Origin: Mobula hypostoma
Lineage: Eukaryota
Direction: 5' to 3'
DNA length: 64,000 nt
Assembly: GCF_963921235.1 (NCBI RefSeq)
Contig: NC_086108.1
Span: 95,420,001 to 95,484,000, forward strand
The position numbers and the translations under genes were made by a program. Within the stretch, counting starts at the first letter, position 1, and every line of letters starts with the position of its first letter. Below the pieces are notes generated by a model. That model worked only from the letters and a program-made list of their open reading frames with translations. It did not search any database and was not told where the DNA came from. Positions 38,292 to 50,214 of this stretch are shown here, piece by piece.

Positions 38292-41200
38292 TTATTAACT
38301 GACAACATTGTGACCTGTACAAAAGGGACAGGTTGAACTTGAACCCAAGGGGGCCAATAACCTTGTGGGCAGGTTTACTAGAGCAATTGGGTTTAAACTA
38401 ATATGGCAGGGGGGATGGGAACTAGCATGATAGAGCAGAGGATAAGCCAGCAGGTTTACAAGAAGATGATGTAATACGTAATATGAATATAAAGAAGGAC
38501 AAGCCAATGATTGGGTACAACTGCAGACAGAACAAATAGTTAAGTTGTACCACAGAGGTAAAATTCATGAGGGTGAAGAATGCAGGACTGAAGCTGTTGC
38601 ATTTAGATGTGCGTAGCATTTGGAATAAGGTGGACGAACTCGTGGCGCAGTTAGAGATTGGTCGATATGACGTTGTGGACATCACCGAGTCATGGCTGAA
38701 AAAAGGTGATAGTTGGGAGTTTAACATCAAAGGATATACTTTGTTTCGAAAGGACGGGCAGAAAAGCATAGGCGGTGGTGTGGCTCTGTTGGTAAGAGAT
38801 GGAATTACATCTTTAGAAAGAGGTGACATAATGTCAGAGGATGTTGAATCTTTGTGGTGGAGTTAAAAAACTGCAAGCGTAAAAAAGCCATTATGGGAAT
38901 CATATATAGGCCTCCAAATAGTAGCCAAGGTCTGGGGTTGGGATTGCACAGGGAGCTGGAAAGGGCATGTAATAAAAGTAATGTCAAAATTGTAATGGGA
39001 GATTTCAATATGCAAGGGGACGGGGAAAACCAGGTTGATGTCAGATTGCAAGAGAGGGAATTTGTTGAATGCCTGTGAGATGGCTTTTTAGAGCAGCTTG
39101 TGCTTGAGCCTACTTGGGGAAAGGCTATCTTAGACTGGGTGTTGTGTAATAACCCAGATCTTAATGTAAAGGAACCCTTAGGAGGCAGTGATCATAATAT
39201 GATGGAATTCATACTGCAATTTGAGAGGGAGAAGCATAAGTCACATTTATCTGTATCACAGTGGAATAAGGGAATTACAGAGGCATGAGAGAGGAGCTTG
39301 CCCAGGTAGATTGGAGGAGAATATTGGCAGGGATGACAACAGAGCAGAGGTGGCTGAAGTTTCTGAGAATAGTTCAGAAGGAGCAGGATAGATATGTCCC
39401 ACAGAAGAAGAAATTCTCAAATGGCAGGGCTAGGCAACCGTAGCTAACAAGGGAAGTTAAGCACTGCATAAAAGCCAAGGAAAGGGCATATAAGATAGCA
39501 AAAATGGGTGATAAGTTGGATGATTGGGAAGCTTTTAAAATTGAACAAAAGACAATTGAAAAAGCCATAAGAAGGGATAAGATGAAATATGAGGGCAACA
39601 GAGCTGATAATATAAAGCAGGATACTAGAAGTTTGTTCAGTTATATAAAGGATAAAAAGGAGGTGAGAGTTGAATTGGACCACTGGAAAATGATGCTGGT
39701 GAGGTAGTAATGGAAGACAAGGACATGACAGATGAACTTAATAAGTACTTTGCTTTAGTCTTCACTGTGGAAGACATTAGCAGTGTGCCAGAGGTCCGTG
39801 AGTGTCAGGGAGCAGGAGTGAGCGCCATTGCTATTACAAAGGAAAAAGTGCAAAGCAAACTCAAAGTCTTGAGACGGATAAGTCACCTGGACCAGATGGA
39901 CTATATCCCAGTGTCTTGAGAGAGGTTGCTGAAGAGATCACTTGATTCTGGCATGGTCCCGGAGGAAAATTGCAAATGTCACTTTAAGAAGGGTAGAAGG
40001 CAATAAAAAGGAAATTATAGGCCAGTTAGCCTACCCTTAATGGTTGGGAAAGTGTTGGAGTCCATTATTAAGGATTAGGTTTCAGGGTACTTGCAGACAA
40101 ATAATAAAATAAGTCAACATCAGCATGGTTTCTGTAAAGGGAATCTGTTAGAATCTGTTAGATTCTGTTAGAATTCTTCAAAGAAGTAACAAACAATGTG
40201 GACAAAGGAGAGGCAGTGGATGTCATTTACTTGGATTTTCAGAAGGCATTTGATAAGATGCCTCACATGAGGCTGCTTAACAAGATAAAATCCTATGGTG
40301 TTACAGGAAAGATACCGGCAAGGGTAGAGGAATGGCTGACAGGCAGGAGGCAGCGAGTGGGAATAAAGGGGGCTTTTCTGGTTGGCTGCCAGTGACTAGT
40401 GGTGTTCCTCGGGGATCAGTATTGGGACGGCTGCTTTTTGCATTGTTTGTCAATGTTTTAGATAATGGAATTGACACCTTTGTGGCAAAGTTTGTGGATG
40501 ATATGAAGATAGGTGGAGGGGTAGGTAGTGATGATGAAGCAATGTGATTGTAGCAGGACTTAGACAAACTGGAAGAATGGGCAAAAAAGTAGCATATGGA
40601 ATACAGTTTTGGGAAATGAGTGATAATGCATTTTTGTAAAAGGAACAATAGTGCATATTATTATCAAAATGGGGAGAAAATTCAAACATCAGAGGTGCAA
40701 AGGGACATTGGAGTCCTTGTGCAAGACTCCCAGAAGGTTAATTCACAGGTTGAGTCTGTGGTAAAGAAGGCAAATGCAATGTTGGCATTTATTTCAAGGG
40801 GAATAGAATATAAAAACAAGGAGATAATGTTGAAACTTTATAAGAGAATAATCAGGCCGCACTTGGAGTATTGTCAATAGTTTTAGGCCCCATATCTCAG
40901 AAAGAATGTACTGTCATTGGAGAGAGTCCAGAGGAGGTTCATGAGGATGATTCTGGGAATGAAGGGTTTAACATATGAGGAGTGTTTGGCAGTTTTGGGC
41001 CTGTACTCACTGGAATTTAGAGGAATGCAGGAGGATCTCATTGAAACCTACTGAATGTTTAAAAGACTAGATAAGGTGGATGTGGAGAGGATGTTTTGTC
41101 TGGTGGGGGTATCCAGAACTAGAGGGCACAACTTCAAAATTGAGGGGCGACCCTTTAGGGTAGGAGGTATTTTTTTTAGCCAGAGAGTAGAGGATCTGTG

Positions 41201-41358
41201 GAATCCTCTGCCAAGATTGCGGTTGGGTGGGGCAACAAGGGATATGCTGAGAAGGCAAGTGTATGGAGTTGAATGCGATCCACCATCAGCTAGGAAGAAA
41301 TGGTGGAGGTGACTTGATGGGCTGAATGGCCTAATTCTGCTCCTATGTCTTATGGTCA
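38292..41358 (+). mobile_element. Long decayed CR1 LINE (end of ORF1 plus ORF2 endonuclease and RT)
   Basis: DVRSIWNKVDEL..ITESWL..GGGVAL, IYRPP, MGDFN, SDHN, VIYLDFQKAFDK, GVPRGSVLG, KFVDD; many stops and frameshifts. Confidence 0.92.
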
Positions 41359-41375
41359 AACATACCCCAGCCTTA

Positions 41376-41483
41376 AATAAACATTCAAAGACTCTGCTTC
41401 TACCATCCTTTAATAAACATTCAAAGACTCTGCTTCTACCATCCTTTAATAAACATTCAAAGACTCTGCTTCTACCATCCTTT
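41376..41483 (+). repeat. Perfect 36-bp tandem triplication
   Basis: (AATAAACATTCAAAGACTCTGCTTCTACCATCCTTT)x3, with no spacers. Confidence 0.95.
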
Positions 41484-42245
41484 GAGGAAATAGTTGTCCA
41501 TGTAATGTGTTGCTGTTATATAATGTCGTGTCCTCTAATTCTAATTAACCTATACCTTTCTAAACCTTTCCTACTCATGTACCTGCCCAAGCATCTCTTT
41601 AATGTTGTAATTGTACCCACTTCTACCACATACTCCAGCAGCTCATTCTATATTCCTCTGTGAAAATCTTGCTTCTCACACCTCTATTAAATCTTTCTTT
41701 CTCAGACTTAAGCCGCAAGCTTATGTTAAGCTTCACTGTAACTGTGCAGTAGACCACACGGATAGGAGGCGGAGTGGAGTGGTGAACTAAAGTGGAAGTT
41801 CTAGGTCACCCCTGTGGACTGAACAGAGAAGTTTTTAATTGCATTGAATGTCTCTGCCTCCGAGACAGTTTCAAATATTGGGTCTGAGTTGACAAATATT
41901 TTTCACTGAAGATCCCTCCATTTTTTAAAATCTATTTTGTTTACCCGATTCCCCTGCGTTCCATTCCTTTCAGCATCAGGAAAGAGTTGTTCCTGCCTAT
42001 ATTTCCATTTCTCTCTAAAATATTTTTTGATTAACCATCTACCAAATGTCTTAAAAACATTCGAGAACTCTACTCCCACCATCTTTTGAGGAAAGAAAGA
42101 TCCAAGCACTTAGGGGTAAAAAAAGAATGTCTCATCTCTCTCAAATGGGGTCACTCTTATTTTTAAGCTATAATCTGTGGTTCCAGGTTCTCCCACAAGA
42201 AAGGTCCTTTCCATATTATCTTCCAAAACTGCTCAAGATCACATA

Positions 42246-42825
42246 CACTCAGTGGCTGCTTTATTAGGTATATCTATACGCCAGCTCGTTAATGCCAATA
42301 TCTAATCAGCCAATCATGTGGCAGCAACTCAGTGCCTAAAAGCATGCAGACAGAGCGGCCAAGAAGGTCAGTTGTTGTTCAGATCAAACATCAAAATGGG
42401 GAAGAAATATGACCTAAGTGACTTTGACAGTGGAATGATTGTTGGTGCCAGACGGGGTGGCTTGAATATCTCAGAAACTGCTGATCTCCTGGGATTTTCA
42501 TGCACACCAGTCTCCAGAGTTTACACAGAATAGTGCGAGAAACAAAAAACATCCAGTGAGCGGCAGTTCTATGAGCTAAAATGAGTTCTTTATGTGAGAG
42601 GTTAGAGGAGAATGTCCAGACTGATTCAAGCTAACAGGAAGGCAGCACTATCTCAAACAACCAAGCAACCACGTGTTAAAACAGTGATAAGCAGAGGAGT
42701 ATCTCTGAATGCACAGCATGTTGAACCTTGAAGTGGATGGGCCCCAGCAGCAGGAGACCACGAATATAGACTCGGGGGCCACTTTATTAGGTACAGAAGG
42801 TAACTAATAAAGTGGTCACTGAGTG
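42246..42825 (+). mobile_element. Tc1-derived element, copy 3 (best-preserved ends)
   Basis: TA at both flanks (42244-42245, 42826-42827); MGKKYDLSDFDSGMIVGARRGGLNISETADLLGFS. Confidence 0.9.
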
Positions 42826-45011
42826 TACTTGTTTACGTCAAGTCCCCCCTCTCTCTCTTCTAAATTCCAATGGATACAAACCTGCTTTTACTTTTTATCT
42901 CTTTCCTTTTTGAAAAGCTGAAGAAATTCCGGCTCTCTGTTTTACGTTTTTAACTAGATTTGTCTTGTGTTCTAATTTTAGCATTAATATTTTGGATATT
43001 CTCTGCTTTTTTATATTCTGTCCAACCTTTTGATTAGTTACAGATTCATAGAGTTATATAGCAAAGGTATACAGGCCTTTCGGCCAGATGCCTGTCTATA
43101 ATCCCATTTTCCCTTTAAATCTTTCTTATCCATGTACCTATCTGAATGTCTTTTAAATATTGATTTGTCTACCACTTCCTCTGGCAGCCTGATCCACATA
43201 CCCACCACATTCTGTGTGAAAAACGTACCCCTCATATCCCCTTTAAATCTCTCCTTACACAGCTGCATGCTAATGCTGCCTGGCCTGCTGAGTTCCTCAT
43301 GCATTTTGTGTGTGTTGCTCGGATTTCTGGCATCTGCAGATTTTCTCTTGTCTGTGATTTTACCTTATGTTTTTAGCTAGTTTTACTTTCATATCTTCAT
43401 ATATGCTTGTCCCCGGAGTAATGGTGTTTCGTTTGGCTGTATTCATGGGTATTCATGTACAGTTGAATGAAAATTAAACTTGAGTTGAATTGAATGATTG
43501 CCTATTTAAATTTAAAACCCCATCCTCCTCTCCCTCAAATGTGTAATCCAATCAATTTCTGTCACCTATTCCTAGGGACACCTTTACTATGTGGTCAGAG
43601 CAAAGAAACAAACTGCTGGAGGAACTCAGCGAGTTGAGCGTCATCAGCGGGAAAGGTGATTGCCAAACACTTCAGGCCGAAAAATTATATTGGGATAGAT
43701 GATCATTTCTACTGTCAGTCCCAGTTTATGTCTTGTGACTGCACTTCACCGTAAGAACAGTGATTAATCCTCTTTGTAGCAGTTCCAGGTTTATTGTTAA
43801 CCACTTTCGGGCTGATCTAAAATGAAACTATCCAAAAAACACTTAACAAGCTCCTCCTTTTCTAGTCTGTATGTCATCTCTGATCATACTGATTATTTCT
43901 GGCTTTACATTCCATTACTGTTAGAAGATTTGTACTTCTCACCTCTTTCATTTCTCACCTCCGCCCAAACCACCTCTACATCCTGCTTTCTTGAATTTAG
44001 ATCATCCTTCCCTATTGCACTAAGACATCTTTAATTAACAGAATCACTCCTCCACTTTGTCCATTATATCTGTATTTCTGAATGACACAGACCCATTTAG
44101 ATTAGGATTCCAGTCTATAATGCCTCCTAGATCATAGAAATAGAACTTAAAACACCACAGCACAGTAAAGGCCCATCACCCCATGGTGCTGTGCCAACCT
44201 CATAATCTGTTCTAAGATCAAACCAATCCTTCCCTCCTACATAGCCCTCTATTTTCCATGCACCTATCTGAGCGTTTCATAAATGTCCCTAAAGTACCTG
44301 CTTCTAATAAAATTCAAAGTAAATTTTATTATCAAGGTGGATATATGTCACCATATATACCAGATACTGAGATCAAAGGATCATTGAGAGATGTGGGGCT
44401 TTGCGATGGCTCCGCCATGTTCAGACAGACAAAGCGAGCATAGAAGGCATTGAGCTTATCTGGGAGAGAAACCCTGCTGTCTTCCATATCACTGGGTTTA
44501 ACTTGGCAGGACATTACACCTACCCACCAATCTCTGTGTAAAGAACTTACCTCTGACAACCCCCTTATACTTCCCTCCAATCTCCTTAAAATTATACCCC
44601 TCGTATTAGCTATTTTCACCCTGGGAAAAAAAGTCTCAGGTTGTCCACTCGATCCATGTCCCTTATTATATTATGCACCTCTGTTAAGTCAACTCGCATC
44701 TTCCTAAATCATAAATATTTCAATTTGCAGCCTCAGTTCATCTGTTTTGGTTTGAGGGCTCTTTGCATTTGAATATATGGTTAGTCCTTCTATTAAGGCT
44801 CTAATTATAATAAAAGGGTAGAAGTGAAGTAAAAGTGATTCCGAACCTTTATCAGAATCCTTGCTCTTAGATTCCAGGGTTGCTTACTTCAGAAGGACAC
44901 CAAGAGCCAGGTGAACTCTGCCCTTGAATGTGCCCACTAACTTGACTGTAAAGGATGGGAGTTGACAGAAATGGTGAAGTTCTACCGCAGCAGGAATCCC
45001 AGTGGTCTACA

Positions 45012-46760
45012 CGTACACAAGAAATTCTGCAGATGATGGCAATCCAAAACGACACATGCAAGGTGGTAGAGGAACTCAGCAGCTCAGACAGCATCCATGG
45101 AAATGAACAAACTGTCAACGTTTCAGACTTAGACCCTTTTTCAGGAGTGGAATGGAAGAGGGATGATGCCAGAATAAAAAGGTGATAGGTGAAGCCGGGT
45201 TGGTGGGAAAGGTAAAGGGCTGGAAGTGAAGGAATCTGATACGAGAGTAGAGTGGACTGTAGGAAAAAGGGAAGGAGGAGGGACACCGGGGGAAGTGATT
45301 GGCAGGTGAGAAGAGGTAAGGAGCCAGAATGGGGAATAGAAGAAGAGAAATCAATATTCATATCATCAGGTTGGACGCTACCCAGATGGCATATAAGGTG
45401 TTGCTCCTCCACCCTGAGGGTGGCCTCATTGTGGCACAAGAGGAGGCCATGGATCAACATGTCAGAATGGGAATGGGAATTGGAATTAAAATGTTTGGCC
45501 ACCGGGAAGTCCTGCTTTTGCCAGATGCAGCAGAGGTGCTGGATGAGGCAGGCCCATAATTTACAACAGGTCTCACCAATGTAGAGGAGGCCATGTCTGG
45601 AGCACTGTATACAATAGGTTCATGGTTGAATTGTTGCCTCACCTGGAAGGATTGTCTAGGGCTCTGAATGGAGGTGAGGGAGGTGGTGAATGGGCAGGTG
45701 TAGCACTTTGGCTGCTTTCAGGGATAAGTGCTGGGAAGATTAGTGGCGGGGGGGGGGGATGAATGGACAAGGGAATCACAGAGGGAGCAATCCCTGCAGA
45801 AAGGGAAGGGTGGGGTAGGATCCCTTTGGAGATGGCGGAAGCTGAGGGGATGACGTGTTGGATGCATAGGTAAGTTCAAGAGGGATTGTTAAGGCTGTGG
45901 GAAGATGGGGTGAACGCGGATGCCCAGGAAATGGAGGAGATACGGGTGCGGACAGCATCAATGGTGGAGGAAGGGAAACCCCATTCTTTGAAAATGGAGG
46001 ACATCTCTGATGTCCTGGGAAGGAAAGCGTCAACTTGGGAAAAGATGCAGCAGAGACGAAGGAACAGTGGTCAGCCTTTTTACTGGAGATAGGTGGGCAG
46101 AGCTATGGTCAAGATAACCGTGGGAATCGGTAGGTTTATAAAAGATGATGGCTGACAGTTTGTCTCCAGAGACGGAGACAGCAAGATTGAGAGAGGTATC
46201 AGAAATGGACCAAGTGAGATTAGGGGCAGGACGGAAATTGGAGGCAAAGTTGACGAAGCTGATCAGCTTGGCATGGGTGCATGAAGCAGCACCAATACAG
46301 TCATCGGTGTAGCAGAGAAAGAGCTGGGCAGCGTCACTGGGGAAGGCTTGGAACAGGCTTAGCAGGGCCCATGTGGGTGCCCGTGGCGACCCCTGTGAGT
46401 CCAGAAAAGGCAGGAGGAGCTGAAGGAGAAATTGTTGATCATGAGAAGCAGTCCTGCCAGACGGAGAAGGGTGGTGCTGGAGGGGAATTAGTTGGTTCTT
46501 TTATTGAGAAGGAAGAGGGGAGCTTTAAGTCCTTCTTGATGGGGGATTGAAGAGCAGGGTATCTAAGGAGAGGAGGAGGGCTAGTCTACATATTCTCACA
46601 GACTTCCCAGCTCTTTACTACCCACCCCCCCCCTCAGTTTCACCTATCAGCTACTACTTCCTCCCTTCTTCCCACTTTCTTACTCTGACTTCTCATCTTC
46701 TTTCTCCAGCTCTGATGAAGGATCTCGACCTGAAATGTCAATTATTTACTCCTTTCCATT
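45012..46760 (-). mobile_element. Older decayed PLE with an inverted terminal repeat at its 5' side
   Basis: Minus strand HFNSNSHSHSDM..EATLRVEEQHLI..LGS..P..MNIDF; a + strand terminal repeat with hammerhead core CTGATGA..GAAATGTC lies at 46712-46739. Confidence 0.85.
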
Positions 46761-48329
46761 GTCTTCATCCACCATTTACAATGGGCTTTTGTGTGCTGCA
46801 ATGAGCTTAGATTGTCAATGTCGTCCCATGCACTCCTTCTTCATTTTGGGTGACCGTGGGTCTCGGAGTTCCCAACTGTTGCTCAGGATGTTACATTTTT
46901 TCAAGGAGATGTTGAGAACCTCTTTCAGTCCTTCCCTCTGTCTGGTAACTAATTTCTCTATGAACATCTCCAGTGCTCTGAGGAGCCTGCCTCTTTGAGG
47001 AGTAGCTTAGAAATCTACAAAAGGATAGAATTTGATACACGACGCTGCAGATGCTGGAATCTAGAACAGCAAACAACCTGCCAGATGAACTCAGCAGGTC
47101 AAGCAGCATCTGTAGCAGGAAAGGACATGGATCAGTGCTTCCCCATTTGGTGCTGGGTTTCAGGTCCTGATCTTCAAATATTCTTTTCATCAGATGACCA
47201 AAGACCATGCTGATCTTCCTCAGACAGCTGCTAATTCCCCTTTCTCCAAAGGTTCTGGTTACACCTGCAAGGAACTCTCATGGATTTATTAAATATCGGT
47301 TCCCTTTCCGAAAACCACATTCAATCTGCTTCATCCCTGAGCTATTGAGTTCCTCCAGCATTTTTTGTGTGTGGTGTTCTGGATTTCCAGCATCTGCAGA
47401 ATTTGTTGTGTTTAGCAATTCAATTAAGGCTCCGTTGCTATGTTACCAGGTCCTCAACAGTACTAGACTTTAGTACCTTCCTTGTTGCTGATACTGACAC
47501 CGGCAGAACTTCTGCTGTGGTAACGCGGTGTGAAAACCCCAGGAGATCAGCGTTTTCGGAGATATTCAACCCACCCTGTCCGGCATTTTCGATGTGCCTA
47601 CCGAAGAGTTTCTTAAAAATCCCTAATGTATCTGCCTCTACCACCACCACCCCTGGCAGAGTATTCTATGCACATGCCACTCCCTGTGGGAAGAACTTAC
47701 CTCTGACATCCCCCTATACTTTGCTCCAAGCACCTTAAAATTATGACCCCTCAGATGAGCCATTTCTTGTCAGAATGAGTTGCCATTATTCATCAGCTTG
47801 ATGAATTTAGAAAATGTAAAGATCAGGGATCAACTTTATTTGCCATATACATTCCCAGGTGTTAGGGAATTGCTGTGGTGTGTTGATGCAACATGCAACA
47901 AAAAGAACAACATTCAATAATTATAAACAATAAATAAATATATAAAAAATAAAGTTAGAGATTGAAGTACAAATATGGAAAAATGTGCATAAATACATAA
48001 ATACCAGCACATATTTACAATGTAATCAGCATTATAAAAAGTGGTTTAAATCTTCACAATGCAGTTCTGTGACTGAGGTAACAGGAAGAGGGGTGTATGG
48101 GTGGGGTGGATGACTAGAGTGGTTGATCAGATTAATTGCCTGGTAGAAGGAACTTTTAAGATGATGTAAAGTTTTTGTTTTAATAGTTCTTTCCAGAAAC
48201 AAGCACTAGGAAAAGGTAGTTTGCTAGGTGGGTAGTGTCCGCTGTGATTTTTTTTTCCACTGCCCACTTCTTTGTCCTGGATACGTACAGGTCCTGCAGT
48301 GATTGTAGACTGAGTTGATGAAGTGGGAT

Positions 48330-48854
48330 AATGAAGTGGTCATTGAGAGTACGTTCATGGTCTCCTACTGCTGTAGCCCATCCACTTCAAGGTTCAATGT
48401 GTTGTGCGTTCAGAGATGCTCCTTTAGACACAACTGTTGTAACATGTGGTTATTTGAGTTACAGGTGCCTTCCTGTTAACTGGAGCCAGTCTGGCCATTC
48501 TCCTCTGACCTCTCTCATTAACAAGGCATTTTCACCAGCACAACCTCCGCACACTGGATGGTTTCTGTTTATCGCACCATTCTCTGCAAACTCTAGAGTG
48601 TGTGAAAACCCCAGGAGATCAGCATTTTCTGAGATATTCAACCCACCCCGTCTGGCACCAACAGTCATTCCACGGTCAAAGTCACAGGTCACCCTTCTTC
48701 CCCATTCTGATGTTCGGTTTGAACAACTGAACCTCTTGACCATGTCTGCATGCTTTTATGCTTTGAGTTGCTGCCACATGATTGGCTGATTAGATATTTG
48801 GATTAGTGAGTAGCTGTAATGAGCAGGTGTACCTAATAAAGTGGCCACTGAGTG
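48330..48854 (-). mobile_element. Tc1-derived element, copy 4, followed by (TG)n at 48866-48911
   Basis: TIR gtacctaataaagtggccactgagtg; DFDRGMTVGARRGGLNISENADLLGFS. Confidence 0.85.
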
Positions 48855-48856
48855 TG

Positions 48857-48913
<57 letters not shown>

Positions 48914-50214
48914 AGAAATCAGGCCATTCAAAAGCACTGAAATGTTTAACTTATCTATGCTATGCACATAAACATGTGAAAGCCAGAATAAGCTCCCCTT
49001 ACCAGTTGTTGGCTTGGCTGTGACTCACCTAGTATTTCACTCGATAGCCACCTGTTGTATATCTCCTTGTCCCCTCCCTAGTGTTAAGGTATACACTGGA
49101 TAATTAGCCCTAATCACGTCACCGGATTTCTTATAAATATTAGATAATAGCCACTCCTGCCCAATAAACAAGACCAAGTAAATTTGATTCTTTTTAAGTT
49201 TATATCATTGCCGTATGTATTCATTCCACTCTCAGAAAGGAATAATTTAAAGGAAGATTCCTTCCACTTTGGTAAAATCAGATAAAATTTATACTGGCAT
49301 GGCCAACCATCCAGTGACTAAATTATAGCCTACTATAAATATAACATTAAAATTTATCATTAAAGTATCATACCTGAGCTTCCTTTTTTCTATAATCTTT
49401 AATTTAACATTTTTTAATTCCATTCTTTTCTCATCAAGATGTTAAGCACAGAGACACAGTCAGTGTGTGTGTGCTTGGATTTATGTCACAACTCATTTAT
49501 AATTAATTTTAATTTTATAAAGTGAATTATAATGTGTGTCCCATTTTAACCAGCCGGCTTCAAGTAATATTATATGAGAGAAAAGTTCAGCTTTGGAAGA
49601 GCTTACCCGACAGCAGACAGCAATCAAGTTATTATGTATTCTATTTCCAGTGCCACAATCACTCGGCTATAAGGATATCTTAATCTCACTGGCTCTCTGC
49701 CCATTGCTCCTTATGAGAGGCTTGTACACATTAGGCGTGCAGCTTCAAAGGGAACTTTGGAAAAATACTAGAAAATACACCCAGCTTATGTTCCAGGGTT
49801 TGCCAATCACATTTCTGTAGAACGTCCTGTTGGCCTGTTAACTTATTTGCGCAGAGGGCAAATTTGAGTGATCAGTTTAAAATGACAGTCAGGGGCCGTT
49901 GATATTTGGCTGTCAGTAGCTGGTCACCATGAGTCTGTGTATAGTATTAGCTTATTTCTATGTTCAGCATCATTTGCATCTAGTAATGCCTGGGTCTAAT
50001 TAAATAATAGCTTGGTAATTACACTATATTTTACCTTGATACTACATGCTGTATATTTGGAATTCTTGTAGTCTAAATCGAGCAACTTTAATTTTTGGGT
50101 GCTTAAATGTGTATTGAGCAGAGGCTAACTAATAATGCATTGAGGTTGTGTTCAATTCAGTCATTGCTTTGCAGAAAGAATGTGAAATCTTTAGAGAGGG
50201 GGCAGAAACTATCC

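Noticed and set aside
40141..40172. 10-bp tandem repeat (gaatctgtta)x3
   Set aside because: Local slippage inside a dead CR1, with no sign of function.
41376..41483. 36-bp repeats as a CRISPR array
   Set aside because: The units are contiguous with no spacers, there are no cas genes, and the context is eukaryotic.
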